Shown here: positions 1 to 11,639 of the stretch, piece after piece | How positions within the stretch are numbered: the first letter of the stretch is position 1 | Layout of the letters: every line of letters starts with the position of its first letter | Assembly (NCBI RefSeq): GCF_030144855.1 | Contig: NC_082730.1 | Span: forward strand, 41,354,001-41,418,000 | Length of the DNA stretch: 64,000 nt | Direction: 5' to 3' | DNA from: Hypanus sabinus | Lineage: Eukaryota | Notes under the pieces: generated by a model | Seen by the model: the letters and a program-made list of their open reading frames with translations, nothing else | Told to the model about the DNA's origin: nothing | Databases searched by the model: none | Made by a program: the position numbers and the translations under genes

Positions 1-59
1 ATAAATACACAAGGATAATTTCTTGCAATTCTAAGAATAGTATGGCAGTAAATCTCAGG

Positions 60-2145
60 ATAATTGATCGGCATGCCCCTAGAGTGAGGGGTTTAGATGG
101 GATGGAGTTTGTTATGTGTGTTCAAGAAGGTTTCTTGACACAATATGCAGATCAGACTACAAAAGGAGAGGCTGTACTTAACCTGGTATTGGGAAATGAA
201 CCTGGTCGGGTGTCAGATCTCTCAGTGGGAGAGCATTTTGGAGATGGTGATCACAATTCTATGTCCTTTACTACAGCATTGGAGAGGGATAGGAACAGGC
301 AAGTTAGAGAAACATTTAATTGGAGTAAGGGGAAATATGAAGCTATCAGACAGGAACTTGGAAGCATAAATTGGGAACAGATGTTCTCAGGGAAATGTAC
401 TGAAGAAATGTGGCAAATGTTCAGGGGATATTTGTGTGGGGTTCTGCATAGGCATGTTCTAATGAGACAGGGAAAGGATGGTAGGGTACATGTATGATGA
501 TGTTTAAAGGCTGTTGTAAATCTAGTCAAGAAGAAAAGAAGAGCTTATGAAAGGTTCAAAAAGCTAGGCAATGATAGAGCTCCGGAAGATTATAAGGCTA
601 GCAGGAAGTAACTTAAAAATGAAATTAGGAGAGCCAGAAGGGGCCATGGAAAGGCCCTGGTGGACAGGATTAAGGAAAACACCAAGGCATTCTACAAGTA
701 TGTGAAGAGCAAAAGGATAAAACGTGAGAGAATAGGAGCAATGAAGTGTGACGGTGGAAAACTGTGTATGGAACCAGAGAAGGTAGCAGAAGTAATTAAT
801 GCGTACTCAAAAAAGGGAGTAAGCCCAGGAAATTATAGACCAGTGAGTCTTACTTCAGTGGTTGGTAAGTTGATGGAGAAGATCCTGAGAGGTAGGATTT
901 GTGAACATTTGGAGAGGCATAATATGATTAGGATGGCTTTGTCAAATCCTGGTTGTGCCTTACGAGCCTGATTGAATTTTTTGTGGATGTGTCTAAACAC
1001 ATTGATGAAGGTAGAGCAGTAGATGTAGTGTATATGGATTTCAGCAAGGCATTTAACAAGGTACCCCATGCAAGGCTCATTGAGAAGTAAGGAGGCATTG
1101 CTTTGTGGATCCAGAACTGGCTTGCCCACAGAAGGCAAAGAGAGGTTGTAGATGCCTTGCTTGTATTTTGCATGGAGGTCAGTGACCAGTGGTGTGCCTC
1201 AGGGATCTGTTCTGGGACCCCTACTCTTCGTGATATTTATAAATGACCTGGATGAAGAAGTGGAGGGATGGGTTAATAAATTTGCTGATGACACAAAGGT
1301 TGGAGGTGTTGTAGATAGTGAGGAGGACTGTCAGAGATTACAGCGGGACATTGATAGGATGCAAAACTGGGCTGAGAAGTGGCAGATGGAGTTCAACCCC
1401 AATAGGTGTGAGGTGGTTTATTTTGGTAGGTCAAATTTGATGATAGAATATAGTATTAATGGTAAGACTCTTGGCAGAGTGGAAGATCAGAGGGATCTTG
1501 GGATCCGAGTCCATAGGACCCTCAAAGCTGCTGCACAAGTTGACTCTGTAATTAAGAAAACATATGATGTATTGGCCTTCATCAATCGTGGGATTGAGTT
1601 TAGGAGCCAAGAGATAATGTTGCAGCTATATAGGACCCTAGTCAGACCCCACTTGGAGTACTCTGGTCAGTTCGGATTGCCTCACTACAGGACGGATGTG
1701 GAAAGAATAGAAAGTGTGCAGATGGGAGTTAAAAGGATGCTGTCTGGATTGGGGAGCATGCCTTATGAGAATAGGTTGAATGAACTTGGCCTTTTTTCCT
1801 CGGAGCGATGGAGGATGAAAGGTGACCTGATAGAGGTATATGAGATGATAAGAGGTATTGATCGTGTGGATAATCAGAGGCTTTTTCCCAGGGCTGAAAA
1901 GGCTAGCATGAGAGGACACAGTTTTAAGGTGCTTGGAAGTAGGTACAGAGGAGATGTCAGGGGTAAGTTTTTTCCATTATGACTGGTGAGTGCATGGAAT
2001 GGGCTGCTGGTGATAGTGGAGGAGGCGGATATGATAGGGTCTTTGAAGAAAGTGCTGGACAGGTATATGAAGCTCAGAAAAATAGAGGGCTATGGTTATC
2101 CCTAGGTAATTTCTCAGGTAAGGACATGTCCGGCACAACTTTGTG
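60..2145 (+). mobile_element. CR1-clade LINE, 5'-truncated and internally deleted (endonuclease C-terminus, tether, RT, 3' UTR)
   Basis: ORF 42-497 has CR1 APE C-terminal motifs (AVLNLVLGNEP, HFGDGDHNS); ORF 1152-1982 has RT motifs SGVPQGSVLGPLLF and KFADDTK; frameshifts, stops and a deletion near 800; CR1-type 3' end near 2080-2145. Confidence 0.95.
1152..1982 (+). pseudogene. CR1 ORF2 reverse transcriptase C-terminal fragment
   Basis: GVPQGSVLGP, FADD catalytic motif, LYRTLVRPHLEY, MKGDLIEVY; upstream part of ORF2 disrupted. Confidence 0.93.
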
Positions 2146-2286
2146 GAAAGCTTGGAAGCCCTGATGCTTTGGTGGCTGGTTCACTGGGTTTGGATTACCA
2201 ATCTTCCTTTGAGCACATTGGGACTGATTTCCCCATTCACTTCAAATTCACACAATTTGATGGAAAATTTATTACACAACTGCGTA

Positions 2287-2468
2287 ACATTACATAAAAA
2301 TCTAAAATAAAATTGTATTGTAATGTTAGTGAGGGTACTCTTCAATGATTCAGAAAGTCTATTAATCTAACACCACCAGAGCCCCAAGGTTGCTGGATTG
2401 TCAGTTTTACTGCACATGATCTTTCCCATCCACCTAAGATGGCAGATTTGGACAAATAAACTCCCTTC
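2287..2468 (+). repeat. 182-bp direct repeat, copy 1 (pairs with 3826-4007)
   Basis: Ungapped manual alignment to 3826-4007, about 21 mismatches (~88% identity). Confidence 0.95.
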
Positions 2469-3825
2469 TTGTGTTACCTGATGAGGTAGCTGTAGCCTTT
2501 GGTCAGGAGTAGGTGTTGTCAGATGTTGCCCAAACTTCATTTAGTGTTTCAACCATTGACCAATGCACTCCCCGGCTGGTGGGTCAGCCGTGTTGGCCAA
2601 GTCTCTGCCCATCTGCTCCAGCTCAACTCCTCTCACCTGTTCCATATCCAGAAAGAGGCTCTTTCTGGTTCCCCCCATCCCGTGAGCTGCTTGGTTCTTG
2701 CTCTTTTCATCAAGGCCCGGAGCAGACACCAACCTCCATACTGACCTGCCGGGAACACTCTACAGCAGATCTCCATGGAAAATAGACACGTCTCCTATCC
2801 TTTGTCCCTGAACTCTTGGACTGAGGACTGGTACTTCAGGGCCTTCCTCTCGTGAGTCTCCTCACACCCTTCCTCCTTTGGTACTGTGAGATCCACCAGG
2901 ATTTCTTTCTTGTCTTCAGTGGACCACAGTGCAATGTTTGGTCGAAGTGTGGTTTGCACCACCTCCAGGAACTGCAGCTTCCTCACCAAATATGGGGAGG
3001 AAGCTGCCAATGTGCAGCAGATTGGACTTAGGCCTTTTTGATATGACTGGTGTGGCAACTGGCCTTGATGAAAATGACTGCTCTATTTGCCTCTCTGCCA
3101 GCTAATCTCTTTTTTATGGCTCACTTTCGGCCCGATCTTGTTTTGACTCCTGCTTGGTTTATTAGCTTGTCATCAGAGCCCCTCAGTGTAAACACAACTC
3201 TACACTTTTCCAACTTGAACTCTTCCACTAATGATGACAACAGGAGCTGTAGCTGGCCTGATCTTATGTGGAACCCCACTGAAGAAAAACTTGTGGGGGG
3301 GAACCCCAGCAAGCTCTCCAGGTGCCTTCTATTGTGATCATGGGGAACCTATACACTGTGAAACACCAGACCATCCTTGGCAGAAGACCATGCTTGTACA
3401 ATCAAGTTTTAAGTTTACCAGGGAGTCTGGTTTAGTTGATCTTCTTCAGTCTGCTTTACAGTACAGGCGATTTTGGTGCTGTCTGTCATTGCTGCACTAA
3501 ACCCCTTTCCAAGGCACTTTACTGGGTTGTCCTCTATGGATGGAATGACTTCTCCCTGTACTTGAAGGACTGAACTTGCTAGTAACCTTGCCCCTTTTGA
3601 TCACCATGCATCTGGACTTACAGGCCGTGAAGGTAATCCTAGCCCAAGTAGCTACGTTGTCCAGGGTTTCCAATACCCGTCTTGCTTGGACATGGGTTAC
3701 AGTGGTAACTGTGATGTCATCCATGAAAGCCCATATTGCAGGTTGTTGGATGCTGGGCTCCAACACTGGGCCTTGGGTTACATCTGCTGCTGCTGCTGAT
3801 ATGAGGAGGTCCATACCCATGACAG
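2469..3825 (-). mobile_element. HERO-like non-LTR retrotransposon with restriction-like endonuclease, 5'-truncated and internally deleted
   Basis: Minus ORF 3497-3829 has RT motif AFMDDITVTT; 3121-3312 has QLQLLLSSLVEEFKLEKCR; 2795-3058 has TLRPNIALWS...LVDLTVPKEEGCEETHERKALKY, a decayed RPD...ELTVPWE...K..KY RLE motif. Confidence 0.85.
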
Positions 3826-4007
3826 ACATAATTTAAAAAGCTGAAATAAAACTGTATTGTATTGTTAATGAGGGTACTCTCCAATAATCCAGAAAATCTA
3901 TTAATCTAACACCACCAGAGTCCCAAAGTTGCTGGATTGCCAGTTTTACTGCACATGATCTTTTCAATCTACTTGAGATGGCACATTTGGACAAATAAAC
4001 TCCCTTC
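3826..4007 (+). repeat. 182-bp direct repeat, copy 2
   Basis: Matches 2287-2468 without gaps; abuts the 5' truncation point of the HERO-like element. Confidence 0.95.
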
Positions 4008-4674
4008 AATAATTAAACCTTTCTAAATCAGCCATTGAGTGTGGGACATTTGGATTCTGTATAAATGGTAACAAGTACAATCTGTAATACAGAGAGAGCT
4101 AGGCGTACAAGAACATGGATTCCTGAAAGTGGAGTCACGAGTAGATGGGGGTGAGAAGCTTATAATTTGCTTCATGTGAAACAAATTTGAACAGCAACAA
4201 CTTGCATTTATAGACCATCTTAACATACCAAAGCAGAGCATACTGAAATCTCAAAAAATTTCAAAAGAATCTGACACTGATCTATATGAGGTGATTTAAG
4301 GCAGATGACTGAGAGATTCACCAGTCAAATAAGCAACATCTCAAGGGAGAAAATGATGGTGGAGGAAGTGAGAATTAGGACAGGAAATCCAGAGATGAGG
4401 ACCTTGGTAGATGAAGGGACAATCTCCAGTGTAGGGATGAATAAGGGACCAGATATTTTAGAAGGAGGTAGGAGAGGTGATGTAGGGATGGAAAATGTCA
4501 AAAATGTTGCAAGGTTTTCATCTCTTTGTTATTGGAAGTGGAGGAAACACAGGCACAGTATGTGGCATGGTACAGAAATTAAACACGGTGGAAAAAACAG
4601 TTAATGGCAGGCTGTTGTTTTGTGTCATAATGCAGAGAGAACTAGAAGAACAAGTTTCCTGAAGGGGGTGTCGC

Positions 4675-5270
4675 AAGTAAATGGAGGCAAGGAAGGTGTG
4701 TGGCATGCTGGCATTTATCAAACATGAAATTGGGTATAAGAGTTGAGACATCATGTCATAGGTATAAAAGTTGGGGAGAATGCTCTTGGAGTTTTGTGTG
4801 CAGTTGCAGTTGCCTACATACAGGACAGGTGCCATTAAGTTAGCATGGATGTTGCTGGGGCTACAGGGATTGAGTGATAAGGCGAGACTGGATAGGCTGC
4901 CACTATTTTTTTTCTTGGAGCTGAAGAGGCTGAATCATAATCTTCTCGTGGGGCAGAAAGGATGTAAATAAAGCAGGTAGTCATAACCTTTCTCTCAGGG
5001 TATGGGAATGTAAAACTGAAGGGCAAAGGCTTAAAGTGAGAGGGGAATAACTTGAGGGGGACCTGAGGGGCAACTTTGTCATGCAGAGGATGGTTAATGT
5101 ATGGAATGAGGTGCCAGAGGAGTTGATAGAGGTGGGTGCAATTACATGTTCAAAAGGCATTTAGGTGGGTGCATGGGTAGGGAAAAGAGGGATATAGGGT
5201 TTATGCTAATAAATGGTCAGGATGGATGAGCTGGGTTGAAGAGCAGCTTCTGTGCTATACTACTCGTAAT
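4675..5270 (+). mobile_element. Degraded CR1 3' fragment
   Basis: GGCATGCTGGCATTTATC, AAAGTGAGAGGGG...GACCTGAGGGGCAACTTT and a CR1-like tail, similar to other CR1 3' ends in the window. Confidence 0.8.
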
Positions 5271-5299
5271 AGTCTAATAGGAAACATTGCTGTTACATC

Positions 5300-5329
<30 letters not shown>
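5300..5329. repeat. (TA)n(CA)n microsatellite
   Basis: About 12 TA units followed by CACACA. Confidence 0.95.
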
Positions 5330-5330
<1 letters not shown>

Positions 5331-5699
5331 CTTTATTAACGTTTCAGGTCACGGCAGCATTGCGATGCCTGTAATGGCAATGCTCATGGTGGAATCGATG
5401 CTCCCATTATCCATGTGGATGGGATAAATCTTAAGATTTTGTTGAAATATTGAACACAACATTCATTCTGTGTGGGAAATTTGATCATATAATTCTGCTT
5501 CCTATCCATGGAGTAAACAGGCATATAATACACATGTTAATAAGTATGGCTTCTGTATCTTCTATTTAGTATGGATCTGTACCTGCAGACAAAATGCCCA
5601 AGTAGACAAATGCCACTCAGAAAGTTTGTTGCTATTTGGACTGGATGATTCTAGTTCAGTAGATGATTCTGGTCTCCAATTTGAAAGTATTCCAGAAGG

Positions 5700-5846
5700 A
5701 GATTGCCAAGATACGAAAGCAGGTTTGCTAGGCCTTTCTTCCAAGCAGATGCTGCTGCTGCTGTCCAGGTTGGGATCCGGCTGGGTTTAAACTCTGTCCC
5801 ATCTGCCTTGAAGTCCAGTACTAATGCCACTACACCACCAGCCAGC
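5700..5846 (-). mobile_element. tRNA-derived SINE head
   Basis: Minus strand reads GCTGGCTGGTGGTGTAGTGGCATTAGTACTGGACTTCAAGGCAGATGGGACAGAGTTTAAACCCAGCC: Pol III A-box-like TGGTGTAGTGG and B-box-like GAGTTTAAACC at tRNA spacing, no intact cloverleaf. Confidence 0.65.
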
Positions 5847-6356
5847 TTCAATTTAGTGTAGAAAATTACTATTAAAATATCATGGAAACTATATTTCACT
5901 GCACAAATTTACTGCAGGGATTACCTTATCCATTACTTTAAAAGGGCAAAGGAACATTCTATGTAGTTACTGCAATTTATCTTCTGACATATGACAAATA
6001 AATTGTTGAATATAAATAGGCACGTGTAAAATGTGAACAATGAGTCCCTATATCATCTGTGATTTGAAATAATCAGACCCGTGAAGCCACATTTCACGGT
6101 GAGGCAGAACTAGGAATGGCTCTGAATGAAGACTGCAGATCTAATGGCCTCAGGTTAGACATAGTTATTGCCTTCTCACTGGTATCCAAATGTAGCTTTG
6201 GTACACTGAACACACATTGCTCTTTATTCCCAAATATATTTCTTTAATGTTTGTTGGCTTGCACAAACTCTGGTTATTGCATTAGGATTCAGTTTGTCAT
6301 ATGATGTTACTTAGATTTATCCCTAACATATGACAAACAATTCTCTTGATATAAAT

Positions 6357-7286
6357 ATTGAATTGAATTGAATTGACTTTATTTCTTACATCTTTCACAT
6401 ACATGAGGAGTAAAAATATTTACACTATGTCTTCATCTAAATGTGCAATGTGCAATCATAATAACTTATAATAATTGGAACAGTCCGTGTAATATAGAGT
6501 ACACTCAAAACAGTGTGAGTTCATCAGTCTGATGGCCTGGTGGAAGAAGCTGTCCCAGAGCCTGTTGGTCCTGGCTTTTCTGCTGCAGTTTCCCGGATGG
6601 TAGCAGCTGGAATAGATTGTAGTTGGGGTGACCAGGGTCACCAGTGATTCTATGGACCCTTTTTACACATCTGTATTTGTAAATGTCCTGAATCATTGGA
6701 AGTTCACAACTACAGATGTGCTGGGCTGTCTGCACCACTCTCTGCAGAATCCTGTGATTAAGGGAGGTACAGTTCCCATACCAGGCAGTGATGCAGCCAG
6801 TCAGGATGCTCTCAATTGTGCCCCTGTAGAAAGTTCTTAGAACTTGAGGGCCCATACCAAACTTCCTGAACCATTTGAGGTGAAAGAGGTGCTGTTGTGT
6901 CTTTTTCACCACACAGCCGTTGTGTACAGACCACATGAGGTCCTCAGTGATGTGGATGCTGAGGTACTTAAAGCTGTTCATCCTCTCATGCCCAGATCCA
7001 TTGATGCCAATAGGGGTTAGCCCGTCTCCATTCCTACTGTATTCCACAACCAGCTCCTTTGTTTTTGGGACATTGAAGGAGAGGTTGTTTTCTTAACACC
7101 ACTGTGTCAGAAAGATGACTTCTCCCTGTAGGCCACCTCGTTATTGTTTGAGATAAGGCCAATCAATGTAGTGTCGTTGGCGAATTTAATTAGCAGATTG
7201 GAGTTGTGGGTGGTGGTACGGTCATGGGTATACAGGGAGTAAAGGAGGGGACTTAGTACACAGCCCTGAGGGGCTCCTGTGTTGAG
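6357..7286 (-). mobile_element. Rex1/Babar-clade LINE 3' fragment (RT C-terminus and UTR)
   Basis: ORF 6505-7047: SFKYLSIHITEDLMWS, FYRGTIESILTGCITAWYGNC, HPNYNLFQLLPSGK; (CAATT)n tail at 6357-6376. Confidence 0.9.
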
Positions 7287-7482
7287 TAAGTGTGTATTAA
7301 CTGCAATTGTTAAACATGATTAATCAGACAACTTTTCACTGCATGGTGCAGAACCATGGTGGCTCGTTTTATTACCACACCCAAAATGCTAGGACAAAAT
7401 GTACATGCACACAGAGTACACAGAAAATGGAAATGCATTTGGATAACATACTAATAATTCTGGCACCTTTCCTCTCCCATGT

Positions 7483-7617
7483 CAGCCCTGAGGAAGGGTC
7501 TTGGCTCAAAACATTGACTGTTTATTCATTTCTACAGATGCTGCCTGACCTGCTGAGTTCCTCCAGCATTTTTTTGTGTGTTGCTTTGGATTTCCAACAT
7601 CTGCATGTTTTCTTGTG
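7483..7617 (+). mobile_element. Short Penelope-derived (pLTR-like) unit starting with a decayed hammerhead ribozyme
   Basis: CAGCC-CTGAGGA-AGGGTCTTGGCTC-AAAAC-ATT-GACTG then GATGCTGCCTGACCTGCTGAGTTCCTCCAGCA, shared with the 3' ends of Penelope copies at 14845-15378 and 38085-38790. Confidence 0.8.
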
Positions 7618-8964
7618 ATCATAATAATAACATTGCATTCCTCCCCATGTCAATTCAAAGAACATTTTAATCCTTTCAGCCTTTATTATCATTTTGTCTC
7701 AGTTTATTAGGAGATCTCTTTCATGATAGCTCGGGCTTAATGATTTCCAGGTATAAAGATTTTGTTTTGACATCTATTGAAGTTGCTTGATTTATTCTTT
7801 AGCCTTGAGTTTAATTAGTTTTGATTAATCACAGAGAATGGTTGTTTGAGTGTTATGAGCAAATTTGAATGTTGCAGGATAATTTGTGGATCATTCATTG
7901 CTGCAACTGAGGAGAAGTTTACAGTAGTAACTTCAAATAACTGTGTGTCATATTGGGAAGCTTGCTTCTTGAAGTGTTTCCAGAAGTGCTGTATCCTCAG
8001 GCAGTAGTGACCTAGATCTGAATTTCATGTGTTTGTCTGCATTAAATTTCATGGTGATTGTCTTGGCTTTGGCAAGCTTGTGTACATATATATTGACGGC
8101 CTGTCTCACAGGCTGTCTTTAAAAATCAAGTTCAATTAGCAATTTTCCCATCATTGCATGCAGCATTCCTTTCCAGGTCTGTAAACACCAACAAATTTTA
8201 ACTTCAGCAATTTCTTTTTACATTGGCACGAGCGGTTTGGATGATATTCAGCAACATTTGTATCATTCTCTTTGCCTTACTATTGGTTTGTGGCTAATCA
8301 GGCTTGATCCCTTAATGTAGGAATCCTAGGTAGTATGCAAATGTCCTGACATCATCACTGTTGAATGGAAACACCCTATTATTCATCCTTACTTTTTGTC
8401 ATACATCAAACAATGCAAGGACATGATCAGGCTTTGGAAGGGCAATTTTTGTAGGAGTAGAAAGAAACTAAGTTTCTACTAAAAAAAAAGGCCATACTAT
8501 AGTGATTGACAATCATAAGTAAATTAACACCCGAATGTAGATCTGCAAGGTCAATATTAAAAGGAATTCTTGGTCCATTGTTGACTTGATATCAGGGTTG
8601 TTGGACTATGAAATATTTGCTGAGTTTTGAATTCAAATATACCATCTATTCTGTCTTAACCGTTGTTTAGTTTTCATTAGTCTTTGAAGGACTTCATCAG
8701 CAATGCCTACAATGAATTTGTATAGTACGCCTAGGTGCAGTCAGAAGTCCATAATGCATCCTGCAGGGGACAAATACAACAGAAGGGGGTGTCTTCTCTG
8801 ACCTGTTTCCATTTTGTGATTTGCTGTTATGGAAAGGGGTAGCAAAATGCGGAAATGTATCGATGCTTCTTCTTTGGTTGGTGTCATTAGTTAAGCATTA
8901 CTCATGTAATTACTCAAATAAGGTTCCTGGACTGGATTCCCTTTCCTCAGTGCTAAACTAGCTC

Positions 8965-9192
8965 CGATGACTGTGAACTCACTTTTGGGGACTGAGGTTA
9001 ATATTCTGTGTGCTATTTGCTTACTTCGTTATTGTTTGCTCGATTTGTTCTTTACGTATAGTGGGTCTTTGTTGTGTGGGTTTTTTAAATGGGTTCTATT
9101 GTCTTTCTTTGTTTTGTGGCTGCCTGCAAGAAAAAAGTTTCGAGATTGTACACAGTATACATACTTCAATAATAAATGTACTTTGAACTTTT
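8965..9192 (+). mobile_element. Non-autonomous retroposon 3' end with AATAAATGTACTTTGAACTTT tail
   Basis: T-rich body ending AATAAATGTACTTTGAACTTTTG; the reverse-complement tail is at 33965-33995. Confidence 0.55.
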
Positions 9193-10644
9193 GTTCTTTA
9201 TGATTACTGGTACCTGTTGTAAGCACTTCATATAGAAGTGCGGGCACTGTGTCAGCTAGTTGGCCCAAGATGCTGAGCTGAAATGTGAAGAACTGATATT
9301 ATGCTAAAAAGAGTGTCATGGTCATGGAATAGATGTTCACACACTTGGAATTGAATGTCTTCTGCAATGATAATATTCCCAGAGTTATCTAAAATACCTG
9401 CCCTGGAACTTTCTTAATCAGCAAAAGTAGGGTAACAATAAAGGTCGTTGATAGATCGTTCAATTATCTTAGTGATGTGCCTTTTGTTAACCAGAACATT
9501 GCTTTGTGAGTTGCCAGCACTCCTTTCTACCCATGAGCGAGTGCTCTGACAAGACTGGTAAATAATAAATATTTCCTGAGGAACAACAGAATCACTGATG
9601 ACCTCTGCATTGGCTTCATCGTTCACTTCATAATCTGATTAGCTCTCAATTGCTCTGTCCTTTGAAAGTGACAGGAAAGAAACATACTGTTTTCATTTGC
9701 TCGGGTCCTGCGTAACTTCGGTCACCAGCTTGTTATCGTAAGCAGCCTGAGCAGTTTGGTGTCCTTTTCAAGATGTCTCCTTGAAGTTGCTTCATGTGTA
9801 TCCTTCTATGGCATACAATTCAACTCCCACTCAAGATCAGGAAGTTGTTACTTTGCAGCAAGTTGCATGTAATATTGATGAATTGTTTTGTTTGCCTCCT
9901 GCTTTGTATAATAAGGCACAATTGTCTTGTAGCTTATTATACTGTGGTGGGAAGTGCAATGTTTGCTTCAGTGTGGTTAGCAGTGGTAGATAATAACTTG
10001 TTATAAATATCTTGTAATTTTTCATTGCGCACAGTATAAAAGGAGGTTGCCTTTTCTTACATCAATTGCCAGTTGATGCAAGTCACTCTTTCCTAAGGGG
10101 CGCAATCATGAATAGCTCATATTGCAGACCTGATGGCCCAGAGTTAGACATAGTAATTGCCATCTCCCAGTGCATGAAAAGATTGAGAACTGGAGAATTG
10201 TTGCTTATTCTAATGTTTCTATATATATATCAAAACACACACAAACCGTTCAAGATGATGGCAAGCACACCTCCATTTTGTTCAGCCCTGGTGCCATTGT
10301 AAACTGTGTATGTTAAACTTTCGAAAGGAGCGACCAAATGAACAAACTCATTTCTGCATCATGTAGGATGACTGCTATTTCCTATCTTACTACATACAAG
10401 ACAAAAGTACTCCTGAAACCACAGTATGCATTCTGCTGCTCGCTATACAGTATTTTTTCTTTTTGTTAAGTTAGTCAAGATGCTGTTAAAAGTGCCACAA
10501 TTGTTCTTTGTATTTGTTTAAGACTGGAAGTTTGGAAATCTAATCAGAGCATTACCTTTTGATCTTTCATACAATTTTACATAATTTTCTTTGATGTAGT
10601 GAACTTCCTGAAGTTGGCACAATTAGGACAACACATTAACTGAC

Positions 10645-10897
10645 CTACAAACATTCTGCAGGACGAACTGCGCAGTCAAGCAGCATTTTTGAGGCAGAAG
10701 GAACTGTTGTCAGGTTGAAACTCTGCAACAAGTTACTGGCTTTCTTCCCTTTCCACTCTCAGTGCTGGTGCAGGGTGTTGACACACAATGTCAATGGTTC
10801 CTTCTCCCACCCTACTCTCGATTCTGCTTGACCGACTGAGTTGCCGCACACTTTATTAGTTGTTCCAAATTCCAGCGTCTGCAGGCTCCTGTGTCTC
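10645..10897. mobile_element. Old inverted pair of Penelope-derived terminal modules
   Basis: GAACTGCGCAGTCAAGCAGCAT (10666-10687) is reverse-complementary to ATTCTGCTTGACCGACTGAGTT (10821-10842); decayed ribozyme-like segment at 10760-10797. Confidence 0.6.
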
Positions 10898-11639
10898 CAA
10901 TTAACTTAGCTAGGCTGCCTGACTTCTACTTCCATTCAGTCTGTTTACAAGCAGAAATGTCATACTCCAACCGTGATTTATAGACGTGGATACTACTTAA
11001 GTAATATGTAGAAAATATACAGAGGATTTTAAGAACGTGGGGACATTCTAAATCCAAGACAATATTTAATTTTCTCTTCTGAATCTTATCTGTTTCAAGG
11101 GAAAAATGTTTTTTAGTGCTAGGCCAAAAGTAAAAAAAAATGATGACACCAACAACATTTTCCAATTTCTAGAGTTGTGGCATAATTAATAATGGACTCT
11201 GACAGGCCCAGGCCAAGAATAACTCGAGAAACTGCATTTTCTGAGCATTTTTACCAAATTCTTTTCAGTCTCTCAAACGTTGGTCAATATGCCAGTACTA
11301 ATAAGGCACATAAAAAAGATTTGTTATTTGGAACAGAAGTTATTTGGAACAGAAATGCAAATCCTTCCTCTTAACACACAGGATGTATTTTACAGCATGA
11401 AGTTTTTAACGTCTGACATCAAAGTGCTGAGATGCTAACGATTCATAAAATAATCAACAACTTAATAATATTGGGTATGGGCAACTGTAGTATTTAAGTA
11501 TTCTGAACATTCGCCTCTGATATTTTATGAATTGAAATGCCAAACGTTATTTCTTTAGTCTGTGAAACTAAGAATTAAGTGGAACTATGGTATACCATAA
11601 TTGACAGCTAATGGTCAATAGAAGTTTTATCATTTATAA

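Noticed and set aside
5770-5846. tRNA gene
   Set aside because: A- and B-like boxes are present but the stems are broken and repeat-like sequence follows; a SINE head is the better explanation. The same applies at 24366 and 63673.
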